Shown here in pieces: positions 48,242 through 57,919 of a DNA stretch of 64,000 bases. This DNA is from Thermoanaerobaculia bacterium. Lineage in GTDB: Bacteria > Acidobacteriota > Thermoanaerobaculia > Multivoradales > Multivoraceae. Position 1 is the first letter of the stretch, and each line of letters begins with the position of its first letter. The stretch lies in NCBI GenBank assembly GCA_963664405.1, contig OY761158.1, forward strand, positions 3,040,001 through 3,104,000, read 5' to 3'. Position numbers and translations under genes: made by a program. The notes beneath the pieces were generated by a model that did no database searches, had not been told where the DNA came from, and was given only the letters and a program-made list of their open reading frames with translations.

Positions 48242-48856
48242 TTACTCTTTCACTTCTTCAACAGTAGTCCTCCACTCGGTGTCTCCCCAGGCGATGCGGA
48301 ACGATGCGCTGCCGTTCGCTTCTGCGAGCTCGATGATGAGCTCCGACGCACTCTCGGCAGGCTTGCCGACCGTCAGCGCGATCTCGCCGACGTCGGCTTC
48401 GGGGTTGTGCATGGTGGCCCAGATGTCGGGCTCGGAGTTGGCTACCAGGTTCCAGCCGTTGGTGGTCTTTTTCAGCCAGAGGCTGTAGACGCCAGGGTAG
48501 TTTGCGGCGACGTTCTCGGTGTCGAGTCTCAGCTCGCCACCGACGATGAGGTCGACCTCGGTGCGGAGCTTCCATGCCGCGGATCTCGTCAACCGGAGGA
48601 CCTCTCCCTCTTTCACTTTCTGGAGCTGAGGGTAGTCGTCGCTCGAGGTGGCCAGGGAGTGGTAGAGGATGCTGAGTTTGCGACCCCCCAGCTCGATCTC
48701 CGTCCTCGGCATCTGGGCGTAGCTCGAGCGGCTGCTGCTCCGAGTCGATTGCCCGGCGTCCGCCGTCTGACCATCGTCCCTGGAGCGATCTTGAGCAACC
48801 AGCCCGGCGCCGGGTAGAAGGAGGGCAACGAGAATGAATGCTTGGATGAGTCTCAT
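48242..48856 (-). CDS. DUF2911-like secreted protein
   Basis: Signal peptide; 'GVYSLW...WNLVAN...WATMHNPEADV...FRIAWGD'. Confidence 0.75.
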   Translation of the reverse strand: MRLIQAFILVALLLPGAGLVAQDRSRDDGQTADAGQSTRSSSRSSYAQMPRTEIELGGRKLSILYHSLATSSDDYPQLQKVKEGEVLRLTRSAAWKLRTEVDLIVGGELRLDTENVAANYPGVYSLWLKKTTNGWNLVANSEPDIWATMHNPEADVGEIALTVGKPAESASELIIELAEANGSASFRIAWGDTEWRTTVEEVKE

Positions 48857-48865
48857 TGATCGTCC

Positions 48866-49672
48866 TCAGATAAGCCGGTCGAAGAATGAACGAAGCGATC
48901 GTGTCACTTTTCCCGGCGACTCGGACATCATCATATGCCCCACGTTGGGGAGGATCTCGAATTCCCCATTAGGGATGCTCTCCGCCAGCGCTCTTCCTGC
49001 CCCAGGGGGCGTCATACGATCGCCGGCGCCGGAGAGCACCAGAGTCGGAGCTTCGACCGAAGGGGCCAGCGCCTCACCCTCCCAGGCGTTACAGGCGTGA
49101 AAGTCGCGCTCGAGCACGTGCGGGTCGCAGCGCTCGAGAAGCGCCATGCCGGCCCCGAGCATCCATACGCCTGGTGCCTCGCTGCCACCGAAGTGTGCCT
49201 CCTGAGCATGACCGAATGCGGTGATGAAGCGAGTTGCTTGCTGCGGATCGTTAGTGGTGTCGTGCAAGAGACTGTCGTTGACGTTGAGCGTCGGGCCGCT
49301 GCCGAGGAGAGCCAGCGCTCGCACACGCTGCGGGACCGTGGCTGCAAGGGTCAAGGCGATGCAGGCGCCCATCGAGTGACCGACCAGGGCGACCTCCGAG
49401 GCGCCGAGCGCGACGATGAAGCGTTCGAGCCAACCCGCGTAGCCTTCGATCGAGTCGGTGCCTTCGGCATCTTCGCTGCGCCCGTGCCCGGGTAGGTCGG
49501 GAGCGGCCACATTCCATCCGTGCTGCGCCAGAGCCCTGGCCTGGAGTGCCCACACCGAATGGTCGAGCGCGGCGCCGTGCACTAGGACGACAGTCCCAAG
49601 ACCCTCCCGCCATGCCACACCGCCATCGCCGTAGCCGATCGAGCGGCCGTCGACGTCGACCCGTGGGGTCAT
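48866..49672 (-). CDS. Alpha/beta hydrolase
   Basis: 'DLPGHGRS', 'GHSMG', 'GAGDRMTP', 'GHMMM'. Confidence 0.93.
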   Translation of the reverse strand: MTPRVDVDGRSIGYGDGGVAWREGLGTVVLVHGAALDHSVWALQARALAQHGWNVAAPDLPGHGRSEDAEGTDSIEGYAGWLERFIVALGASEVALVGHSMGACIALTLAATVPQRVRALALLGSGPTLNVNDSLLHDTTNDPQQATRFITAFGHAQEAHFGGSEAPGVWMLGAGMALLERCDPHVLERDFHACNAWEGEALAPSVEAPTLVLSGAGDRMTPPGAGRALAESIPNGEFEILPNVGHMMMSESPGKVTRSLRSFFDRLI

Positions 49673-50970
49673 CCGACCGCCTTCTGCGATCGGGCCAGCG
49701 CGCGGCCGAGGTCCGCGAGTAGGTCCTGAGTGTCCTCCAACCCGATCGAGAGACGGATCATGTCTTCTCCGATGCCGGCCTCCGCCATCTGCTCATCACT
49801 CATCTGCTGGTGGGTGGTGCTGGCTGGGTGGATCACCAGGCTCTTGGCGTCTCCGACATTGGCGAGGTGGCTGAAGAGCTGCATCCCCTCGATGAAGGCG
49901 ATTCCCGCCTCGAGCCCACCCTTGAGGCCAAAGGTCATCACCGCCCCCTCACCCCGCGGCAGATATTTTCTTGCCAGTTCGTGGTCGCTATGGCTCGCCA
50001 ATCCCGGATAGCTGATCCAGCTGAGGGCCTCATGATCCTCCAGGAAGGCGGCGACCGATCGCGCGTTGGCAACGTGGCGCTCCATGCGCAGAGGAAGAGT
50101 CTCGAGGCCCTGGAGAAGATAGAACGCAGCTTGGGGGTTCAAGCAGGCGCCGAAGTCGCGCAGGCCCTCGAGTCGCGCCTTCATGATGAAGGCAGTGGGT
50201 CCGAAATGGTCGGCGAAGGCGACTCCGTGATATCCCGGTGAGGGCTCGGTCATGATTGGGAAGCGGCCGGATCCGGACCAGTCGAAGCGACCGCTGTCGA
50301 CGACGAGACCACCGATGGTTACGCCGTGGCCGCCGAGGAACTTGGTTGCCGAGTGCAAAACGAGATCGGCGCCATGCTCGAAGGGTCGACATAGATACGG
50401 AGTCGCGAAGGTGCTGTCGATGAGCAGGGGCACGCCCGCCTCGTGTGCGATCTGCGCGACCGCCTCGAGATCGAGAACATCGATCCGTGGGTTGCCGATG
50501 GTCTCGCCGTAGACCATCTTGGTGCGCGGGTTTATGGCACTGGCGAAGCCCTCGAGATCGCCGGGAGCGACGAAAGTCGTCTCTATCCCGAAACGACTGA
50601 GGGTGTGGGCGAAGAGGTTGTGGGAGCCGCCGTACAGCGAGCTCGACGAGACCACATGGTCTCCGGCGCCAAGCAATGTGGTGACAGCGAGGTGGAGAGC
50701 CGCCTGCCCGGAGGCAGTGGCGACGGCTCCGACTCCACCTTCGAGAGCGGCGATGCGTTCTTCCAGCACTGCGGTGGTCGGATTCGAGATCCGAGAGTAG
50801 ATGTGGCCTGCTGTTTCGAGGTTGAAAAGGCCGGCGGCATGGTCGGTATCGCGAAAGACGTAGGAGGTGGTGTTGTAGACCGGGACGGCCCGAGCGCCGG
50901 TCGCGGCGTCGGGGCGCTGGCCGGCGTGTAGGGCCAAGGTGTCGAACTGGTAGAACCACTTCTCAGACAT
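49669..50970 (-). CDS. metY: O-acetylhomoserine aminocarboxypropyltransferase (OAH/OAS sulfhydrylase)
   Basis: 'YSRISNPT', PLP lysine '[11 protein letters not shown]', '[17 protein letters not shown]'. Confidence 0.92.
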   Translation of the reverse strand: MSEKWFYQFDTLALHAGQRPDAATGARAVPVYNTTSYVFRDTDHAAGLFNLETAGHIYSRISNPTTAVLEERIAALEGGVGAVATASGQAALHLAVTTLLGAGDHVVSSSSLYGGSHNLFAHTLSRFGIETTFVAPGDLEGFASAINPRTKMVYGETIGNPRIDVLDLEAVAQIAHEAGVPLLIDSTFATPYLCRPFEHGADLVLHSATKFLGGHGVTIGGLVVDSGRFDWSGSGRFPIMTEPSPGYHGVAFADHFGPTAFIMKARLEGLRDFGACLNPQAAFYLLQGLETLPLRMERHVANARSVAAFLEDHEALSWISYPGLASHSDHELARKYLPRGEGAVMTFGLKGGLEAGIAFIEGMQLFSHLANVGDAKSLVIHPASTTHQQMSDEQMAEAGIGEDMIRLSIGLEDTQDLLADLGRALARSQKAVG

Positions 50971-51094
50971 TCGGCCTGCCTCCTAAAGGATTGTACTCGC
51001 CACTGGAGCTGGGCCGCGGTTGGCAGCCCCGCACGCGTTGTCCATCGTCATGGACATCGTCATTGACTTCTCGGAAGCTCTCCAGTACTTTGCA

Positions 51095-51275
51095 AGAGTA
51101 CTTTGGGGTGCCCCATTCGGGGAAAAAAGGGAAGCAGGTCGAAAACCTGCGCGGACCCGCCACTGTAGCCGGCGAGCTCTCCTCCTTGGTGTAAGTCACG
51201 CCGCCACTCGGATCGATCCGGGGAAGGTTGGAGGAAGGGCGCTCGAGCCGGGAGCCAGGAAACCTGCCCCAATTC
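51095..51275 (+). ncRNA. Cobalamin riboswitch
   Basis: 'GGTG...AAAAGGGAAGCAGGTCGAAAACCTGCGCGGACCCGCCACTGT...GCCACT...GGGAAGG...AGCCAGGAAACCTGCC' upstream of a TonB receptor. Confidence 0.92.
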
Positions 51276-51364
51276 GTCCAGCCGGAGGCTTCTCGGATGA
51301 CAGAGGCTTTTGCTCCTAAGCGACCTCGATATCGTTCGCTGCCGCCTCCAGCAGGAGGTCAGCG

Positions 51365-53545
51365 ATGCGGATTTTCGTCGCGCTTCTCTTCTTCTCTCTT
51401 GCTTCGTCAACTCTAGACGCGGTCGACCTCAGGGGCTCGGTTCGGACCGACGACGGCCGGCCGATTCCTCATCTGGTCTTGGTCCTCAAAGGGCCATCGG
51501 GATCGCGCACTGTGCTCACCGGTCTAGCCGGCCGGTACCACGTCTCTGAGCTCGTCGCCGGGCACTATCGCCTGCGGCCCCGCACAGAGAGCTTCCAGAT
51601 CGAAAGTCCCGGTGAGATCGAGCTCGGCGCCAGCGATGCCGACTTGGATTTGGTCCTAACTCCCAGTCCGCTGGAGGAGGAAGTGGTGGTCACGGCGGCT
51701 CGTACGGAGGCGGTTGCCTCCACTCTGGGGGTCTCCACAAGTCTCCTCGACCGCGATGACATAAACAGCCTCAAGCGGGCCTCGGTTCTCGATTTATTGC
51801 AGACACTGCCCGGCCTGACCGTTGCTCGTAACGGCGGCCTCGGCAGCCAGGGCTCGGTCTTCATTCGTGGCGGCGAGTCCGACTTCGCGCGAGTTCTCGT
51901 CGACGGAGTGCCGGTCAACCAACCCGGTGGCGGCTTCGATTTCGGCTCCCTTCTTCCGCTCGAGCTCGATCGAATAGAAGTGGTGCGTGGCGCCGCCTCG
52001 AGCCTCTATGGTACCGATGCGCTCGCCGGTGTCGTGCAGCTGTTCACCCGCCGTGGCCAGGGCGAAACGCCGATCGGTCGGGTCGAGGCCGAAGGAGGCA
52101 GCAACTCCTATGAGCGGTTACTTCTAGGGACTTCGGGCAGTCTGCCGGCGCTGGACTGGAACTTGGGAGCGCAGACCCTCGAAACCGACAACGAGATCCC
52201 GAACAACGGCTTCGAGAGCGATGGCGGAGCTCTTTCCTTGCGAGCCGGGCCGGATGAGTCGATCTCGCTGCGAGCTACCCTGAGGATCGACGACAGTCTT
52301 CTGGGGACTCCCGGTGCTGTCGCCTTTGGGCGGCCGGACCTCGACGCCTTCTTCGACCGGCAGGATCTCGTTACCGGGGTCGCCGGCATCTTCGCCCAAC
52401 GCCAGGCGCAGCACGAGATTCGCCTCGGTTGGGCGCAGACCGAGCAGGTGTCGGTGAATCCCGAAGACTCCGGTCCCTATCTCCCAGCCGCGGGCGACAT
52501 GACGGGGTCGTTCCCGGTGTTCGACTTCGTGAATCCGGTCGGTTTCAGAAACGACACCGAGCGTCTGAGTCTCGGTTACAGGGGAGAGTTTCAGATCGGG
52601 GAGCGCCACTTGCTTTCGGGCGGTGGCGATTTCGAAAGGGAGACCGGCTCGGTCGGCGACGTGCGTGAGGGTCTTCTCGAGCCCGAGCGCGACACCGCCG
52701 GGATCTACCTTCAGGATCGGGTCTTTCTCGGTGATCGGGTCTTCCTGACTGTGGGAGGGCGGGTCGACGAGAACGACAGCTTTGGCACTTTCTTTGCCCC
52801 GCGGGCGGTCATCGCTTGGGAAAGCGGTGGCGGCAGAGTGCTCAAGGGGAGTGCCGGGCTGGGGGTCAAAGAGCCCAGCTTCTTCGAGTCTTTCGGGACC
52901 TCCTTCTTCGCCCGTGGCAATCCGGATCTTCTTCCCGAAAAGAGCGCGACCTTCGATCTGTCGCTTTCCCAGCGGCTGGCCCAGGGTCGGGTGGAGCTCG
53001 AGGCTACCCTTTTCCAACACGACTACGAGGACCAGATCGCGTTCGACATCGTCGACTTCGTCACCTTCGAAGGCACCTTCGTCAATCTCGGAGAGACTCG
53101 GGCTCGAGGCCTCGAGCTGGGCTTACGTGCGTCGCCGCTGCCCAGCTTGCGTGTACGCGCCGACTACACCTGGCTCGACGGCGAGATTCTTGTCAGCGGC
53201 AACGCTTTCTCGCCGCTCTTCGCAGCCGGCCAGAGCCTGCTGCGCCGCCCCGAGCATGCGGGTGGATTGACCGTGGAGAGGCTGGGAAAGCGTGTTCACT
53301 TTGGCGGCACGCTACGCGTTGTGGGTCGATATGCCGACAGCGACTTTCTGGGCATCGGCCTGGTGGAGAACTCCGGCTACACTCGGGTCGACCTTCGCGT
53401 ACGCGGTGAGCTGACCGAATCGATCGAGCTCTTTGTGGTGCTCGACAACGCTTTCGATGAAGAATACGAAGAGGCGCTCGGCTTCCCCGCTCTCGGCAGC
53501 ACTGTGCGCGTAGGAGTCAGCCTTCGCCTAGGGGGAGGAATCTGA
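51365..53545 (+). CDS. btuB: TonB-dependent cobalamin receptor
   Basis: 'EEVVVTAAR', 'VFIRGGESD..RVLVDGVP', 'RIEVVRGAASSLYGTDALAGVV', 'GNPDLLPE'; lies under the B12 riboswitch. Confidence 0.85.
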   Translation: MRIFVALLFFSLASSTLDAVDLRGSVRTDDGRPIPHLVLVLKGPSGSRTVLTGLAGRYHVSELVAGHYRLRPRTESFQIESPGEIELGASDADLDLVLTPSPLEEEVVVTAARTEAVASTLGVSTSLLDRDDINSLKRASVLDLLQTLPGLTVARNGGLGSQGSVFIRGGESDFARVLVDGVPVNQPGGGFDFGSLLPLELDRIEVVRGAASSLYGTDALAGVVQLFTRRGQGETPIGRVEAEGGSNSYERLLLGTSGSLPALDWNLGAQTLETDNEIPNNGFESDGGALSLRAGPDESISLRATLRIDDSLLGTPGAVAFGRPDLDAFFDRQDLVTGVAGIFAQRQAQHEIRLGWAQTEQVSVNPEDSGPYLPAAGDMTGSFPVFDFVNPVGFRNDTERLSLGYRGEFQIGERHLLSGGGDFERETGSVGDVREGLLEPERDTAGIYLQDRVFLGDRVFLTVGGRVDENDSFGTFFAPRAVIAWESGGGRVLKGSAGLGVKEPSFFESFGTSFFARGNPDLLPEKSATFDLSLSQRLAQGRVELEATLFQHDYEDQIAFDIVDFVTFEGTFVNLGETRARGLELGLRASPLPSLRVRADYTWLDGEILVSGNAFSPLFAAGQSLLRRPEHAGGLTVERLGKRVHFGGTLRVVGRYADSDFLGIGLVENSGYTRVDLRVRGELTESIELFVVLDNAFDEEYEEALGFPALGSTVRVGVSLRLGGGI

Positions 53546-53550
53546 CCTCG

Positions 53551-54432
53551 ATGAGAATTGTCACTCTGCTTCCGGCCGCGACCGAGATGGTCTGCGCTCT
53601 GGGCTTGGAGGAGTCTCTGGTGGGCCGCTCGCACGAGTGCGATTTTCCGGCCTCGGTAGAGAGGCTTGCGACCCTGACTCGCGCGCGCGTCGACTCGAGC
53701 CTTTCCAGTGTCGAGATCGATGAGCAGGTTCAGCGGCTCCTCTCCGCTGGAGGGCCGCTGTACGAAGTAGAGGAGTCCGCGCTAGCGGCGCTCGATCCGG
53801 ATGTGGTCGTCACTCAGGAAGCGTGCGAAGTTTGCGCGGTGTCTTTCGAACAGGTGGCGGGCTCTCTGGCGCGTGCAGGGCTGAAGAGTCGCGTTGTTTC
53901 ACTGGGGCCCGAGCGCCTGGAAGACGTTCTCAGCGACCTAGGGACCGTTGCCGAAGCGTGTGGAGTCGCGCCAACCGGCCGAGAGCTGAAGGCGAGTCTC
54001 GAGGCTCGTCTCGCAGCTCTCGAGGCCGGCTGGATGGCGCCGAAGCCGCGCGTCGGAGTGGTCGAGTGGCTCGATCCGCCAATGCTGGCGGGCCACTGGG
54101 TGCCGGACGTGGTCGAGGCCGCCGGGGGCCACAGTCTCGGACCTGCGCCAGGTGCCGTCTCGCCCTACCTCTCCTGGGAAGATCTCGGGTCACTGGCGCC
54201 CGATATTCTCGTCGTCGCGCCCTGTGGCTTCGATCTGTCACGGGTCGAGGTCGAGGCAGCGCCATGCCTGTCGATGCTCCAGCGCCTCGCCCCTCGGGTC
54301 TTGCTACTCGACGGCAACGCATACCTCAACCGCCCCGGTCCGCGCTTGGTCGACGCGGCTGAAATGCTCGCGCCCTACTTTTCCGGTCAGCCCTTTTCCA
54401 CTTCGGCGGCGGGCCGGGAGATCCCAGCATGA
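53551..54432 (+). CDS. Cobalamin-binding periplasmic-type protein (BtuF-like)
   Basis: 'RIVTLLPAATEMVCALG...GRSHECDFP', 'YLNRPGPRL'. Confidence 0.88.
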   Translation: MRIVTLLPAATEMVCALGLEESLVGRSHECDFPASVERLATLTRARVDSSLSSVEIDEQVQRLLSAGGPLYEVEESALAALDPDVVVTQEACEVCAVSFEQVAGSLARAGLKSRVVSLGPERLEDVLSDLGTVAEACGVAPTGRELKASLEARLAALEAGWMAPKPRVGVVEWLDPPMLAGHWVPDVVEAAGGHSLGPAPGAVSPYLSWEDLGSLAPDILVVAPCGFDLSRVEVEAAPCLSMLQRLAPRVLLLDGNAYLNRPGPRLVDAAEMLAPYFSGQPFSTSAAGREIPA

Positions 54433-54463
54433 GCGGGTTTAGATCACCGGCGATGGACTCGCT

Positions 54464-55099
54464 CTATTCGAGCGCGGGCATCTGGGGCAGAGTCGCCTTG
54501 AAGGCGTCTATCTCCTCCAGCTGGCTGTACCAGCGCTGGATTTCGGCGTAGCCGTCCAGGGGTAATCGGGCCGGCGCAGCGAAGGTGACGAAGACGCCGG
54601 TGCTGATGTCGGCGAGAGTCACTTCGTCGCCGACGAGCCACTGTCGGCCGGCTAGACTCTGGTTGAGAACCGCGGCGTATTTGTGCACCTGCTGTTCACC
54701 GGCCTTCACCTTTTCAGGGTCGGGACCGCTGGTGTCGCCAAAGAGCGCTTTGACCATGTTCTCGAAAACCAGGGACCCGCAGGCAGGCGCCCAGTGGGCG
54801 AGCTCCCAGCACTGCCATCGGTTGACGTCTGCTTGGGACTTCGGGTCCGACGGAAACAAGGTCTGGCTTGCAGACTTGCTACACAGATACTGGGAGATGG
54901 CGTTCGACTCCCACAGCACGAAGTCGCCGTCGACCAGGGTCGGCATCATCTCGTTTGGGTTGAGCTTCGCGTAGTCGGCAGCGTGCTGTGCGCTGCTACT
55001 GAGATCGACGATCTCGGTGTCGTGCTCGAGGCCCAGATGGTGGGCGACAAACATCGGCTTGCGTGCATTCGGAGAGGGTGGAAATACGTAGAGTTTCAT
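54464..55099 (-). CDS. Glutathione S-transferase
   Basis: 'SPNARK', 'LNPNEMMPTLVDGDFVLWESNAI', 'TLADI'. Confidence 0.93.
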   Translation of the reverse strand: MKLYVFPPSPNARKPMFVAHHLGLEHDTEIVDLSSSAQHAADYAKLNPNEMMPTLVDGDFVLWESNAISQYLCSKSASQTLFPSDPKSQADVNRWQCWELAHWAPACGSLVFENMVKALFGDTSGPDPEKVKAGEQQVHKYAAVLNQSLAGRQWLVGDEVTLADISTGVFVTFAAPARLPLDGYAEIQRWYSQLEEIDAFKATLPQMPALE

Positions 55100-55125
55100 C
55101 GCTGGCTCCTTGGCCGGGCTCGTCT

Positions 55126-56352
55126 TCAAGCGCCGGTCGGAATCTCGTTGAAGGGTGTGTCGCGATCGACGCGAATGTCTCCCGGGAGGCCGAGGACGCG
55201 CTCGGCGATGACGTTGCGCAGGATCTCGTCGGTGCCGCCGGCGAGTCGCATTCCGGCGGCGTAGAAGAAACCCGTGGTGAAGGCCTCCTGAGCTGGGTTG
55301 CTGTCTTCGGTCGCCAACGCTCCCCCCTGATGTAGGAGGTCGAGCGCGAAGTCGGAGATCTCCTGAGTCTTCTGAGCGCCGACGACCTTGAAGATCGAGG
55401 CTTCCGGCCCGGGCGTCATGCCCTTCGAGAGCGCGGTGCGCACGCGGGCGCCGGTAAGGCGGAGACCTTCTGACTCGACGAACCAATCCGCCAGTCGGTG
55501 GCGTATCCCTGGGTCGTCGAGTGCCCTTCCTGTCTCCAATTCGATACCGCGCAGAAAAGCGAACAGCTCGCGAGCGTCGGGCCTGATATTTCCGCCCACT
55601 GCGACACGTTCGTTCATGAGCGTCGTGATCGAGACCTGCCACCCCTCGCCGATCTCGCCGAGGCGTTGGCTGTCGGGAATGCGCACGTTGGTGAAGAAGA
55701 CCTCGTTGAAGTCGGCAGAGCCGGTGATCTGGCGGATCGGTCGGCATTCGATGCCAGGGCTCTTCATGTCCACGAAGAAGAAGGTCAGTCCCTTGTGCTT
55801 TGCCAGGGTCGGGTCGTGGCGAGTAACCAGGATGCCCCAATCGCAGTAGTGGCCTCCAGAGGTCCACATCTTCTGGCCGTTGACGACCCACTCGTCGCCG
55901 TCGCGCTCGGCGCGCATGCGCAGACCTGCGAGATCAGAGCCGGCGGCCGGCTCCGAGAACAGTTGGCACCACACCTCGTCGGCGCGGATCAGCGGGGGAA
56001 TAAGACGCTTCTTCTGGTCCTCGGTGGCGTAGCGCATGAGCACGGGCGCGCACATCCCAAGACCGATATCGAAATAGTCGGTCGGCACATCGAAATCGTC
56101 CTCTTCTTCGAGAAAGATCATGTTCATGAGGGGGGATGCGCCTCTGCCGCCGTACTCTTCGGGAAAGTGGATGCAGGCGTAACCGGCGTCGCTCTTTTTC
56201 GCTTGCCACTCTCTGGCCGCCTCGAGGCCGAGCTCGGAGTCGATACGGCGACTGAGACTACGTCGGCCGCTCTTCGGCGTGCCGTTGGCCTCGAGCCAGG
56301 CCCTTGCTTCGGCCCTAAACTCGGCTTGCTCGGGGGTGTCGTTGAAATCCAT
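55126..56352 (-). CDS. Acyl-CoA dehydrogenase
   Basis: 'WCQLFSEPAAGSDLA', 'NGQKMWTS', 'FNEVFF', 'GGTDEILRN'. Confidence 0.95.
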   Translation of the reverse strand: MDFNDTPEQAEFRAEARAWLEANGTPKSGRRSLSRRIDSELGLEAAREWQAKKSDAGYACIHFPEEYGGRGASPLMNMIFLEEEDDFDVPTDYFDIGLGMCAPVLMRYATEDQKKRLIPPLIRADEVWCQLFSEPAAGSDLAGLRMRAERDGDEWVVNGQKMWTSGGHYCDWGILVTRHDPTLAKHKGLTFFFVDMKSPGIECRPIRQITGSADFNEVFFTNVRIPDSQRLGEIGEGWQVSITTLMNERVAVGGNIRPDARELFAFLRGIELETGRALDDPGIRHRLADWFVESEGLRLTGARVRTALSKGMTPGPEASIFKVVGAQKTQEISDFALDLLHQGGALATEDSNPAQEAFTTGFFYAAGMRLAGGTDEILRNVIAERVLGLPGDIRVDRDTPFNEIPTGA

Positions 56353-56468
56353 CTCTGTTCTACCTATGGCTGACAAATCTGTTCTCGGGGATCGGCATTG
56401 TACCCTCGGGGCGCTAGACTGGTGCCTCATTCGGATCGGGCGCGGTTTTCTTCTCGAAGGGAGATGCG

Positions 56469-56840
56469 ATGGCCTTTGTCAGAAACGTACTCGGCGGTCC
56501 TCTGGAGCCTTGCTGCATGGAGCCATTGACTGGCTTTTACCGCAACGGGCGCTGCGACACGGGTCCGGAGGATGGCGGCGCGCACGTCGTGTGCGCGCGC
56601 ATGACCGAGCCCTTTCTCGCCTACTCTCGCTCGGCGGGCAACGATCTCAGTACTCCCGTTCCCGGGCAGGGTTTTTCGGGACTCGAGCCGGGCGACTGCT
56701 GGTGCTTGGGTGCGGCCCGCTGGAAAGAGGCCTTCGACGCCGGGGCCGCGCCCCCGATCGTGCTCAAATCGACCCACGAAGACGTACTGCGTTTCACTAC
56801 TCTCGACGAGCTCGTCGAGCATGCCGTCGACATCTCCTGA
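56469..56840 (+). CDS. DUF2237 family protein
   Basis: 'NVLGGPLEPC..EPLTGFYRNG.C', 'GNDLSTP', 'GDCWCL'. Confidence 0.9.
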   Translation: MAFVRNVLGGPLEPCCMEPLTGFYRNGRCDTGPEDGGAHVVCARMTEPFLAYSRSAGNDLSTPVPGQGFSGLEPGDCWCLGAARWKEAFDAGAAPPIVLKSTHEDVLRFTTLDELVEHAVDIS

Positions 56841-56892
56841 GCGGGGCGGGCGCAATCGGCGCCATCGGCAAGCCAGACGCTTGCCACGAGAT

Positions 56893-57900
56893 ATGAGCGC
56901 TCCGATCCAGGAGTGGAGGTTCGAGGTCGGCGAGCCCGACGCCGGAGCCCGCCTCGATGCGTTCCTGAGCCGGTCTCTTTCGTGGTCCTCCCGCACTCGA
57001 GTGAAGAGTCTTATTGCTGCGGGCCGCATCGAGATTTTCGCCGGCAAGGACCCGCACGGGGTCCGCCCCACCGAGTTGCGGCCGGCCACTCGGCTAAGGC
57101 GGGGTCAGGATGTGGTGGCTTGGATCGACGCTCCTCAAGTCCAGGCCGGTGAATCGGAGCCGGCGCCGACCGAGGAGCTGAGGGTCATCCATGAGGACGA
57201 CCAGTTGGTGGCGGTATCGAAGGGTGCCCCGATGAACGTGATTCCGTCGCGCCGACATCGCAGCTCTTCGCTGATCGAGCTCGTTCATCGTCGGCACGGC
57301 GAGTTGGGGCTCGCGGGTTTTCCTCCCTCCCCCTGTCACCGTCTCGATCGTGAGACGACTGGGGTGGTGCTCTTTGCGAAAGAGCTCGAAAGCCGAGCCG
57401 AGATCGGGCGCCAGTTCGAGGAGCGGACCGTGGAGAAGGTGTACTTGGCTCTGGTTCAAGGCTGCGTCAGCGAGGATGAGGGGCGTCTCGACTTGCCGCT
57501 CGGGCCCGACCCGAGGTCGAAGATCGAGCTGAAGAGGGCCGAGGTCGCGCTGCCCGAAGGCCAGCCGGCGAGTACGCGCTGGCGGGTGCGACGGCGGCTA
57601 GCTGAGGCGACGCTGGTCGAGCTCTACCCGGAGACCGGGCGCCAGCACCAATTGCGCGCTCACATGGCTGCTCTCGGGCACCCCATCCTCGGCGACAAGC
57701 TATACCTGGGCGGCGATGATCTCTTTCTCGCTTCCATGGGTCGGGACCTCAGCGAGAGGGAGCTGGCCCTGGTCGTCCTTCGGCGGCAGGCGCTTCACGC
57801 ATGGCGCCTCGCTTTCGTCCATCCCGCCACCGGCCGGCCGATCACTCTCGAAGCCCCACTCCCGCACGACATCAGTGCTTTCATCGATGGCGAGGTGTGA
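56893..57900 (+). CDS. RluA/RluD-family pseudouridine synthase
   Basis: S4-like 'RLDAFL', 'HRLDRETTG', 'TGRQHQLRAH', 'HPILGDKLY'. Confidence 0.93.
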   Translation: MSAPIQEWRFEVGEPDAGARLDAFLSRSLSWSSRTRVKSLIAAGRIEIFAGKDPHGVRPTELRPATRLRRGQDVVAWIDAPQVQAGESEPAPTEELRVIHEDDQLVAVSKGAPMNVIPSRRHRSSSLIELVHRRHGELGLAGFPPSPCHRLDRETTGVVLFAKELESRAEIGRQFEERTVEKVYLALVQGCVSEDEGRLDLPLGPDPRSKIELKRAEVALPEGQPASTRWRVRRRLAEATLVELYPETGRQHQLRAHMAALGHPILGDKLYLGGDDLFLASMGRDLSERELALVVLRRQALHAWRLAFVHPATGRPITLEAPLPHDISAFIDGEV

Positions 57901-57919
57901 GCTCGTGGCGGCGCTTGCG

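Noticed and set aside
54464-55891. 475-aa extended GST
   Set aside because: The extension is an alternative frame of the upstream acyl-CoA dehydrogenase; GST starts at 55099
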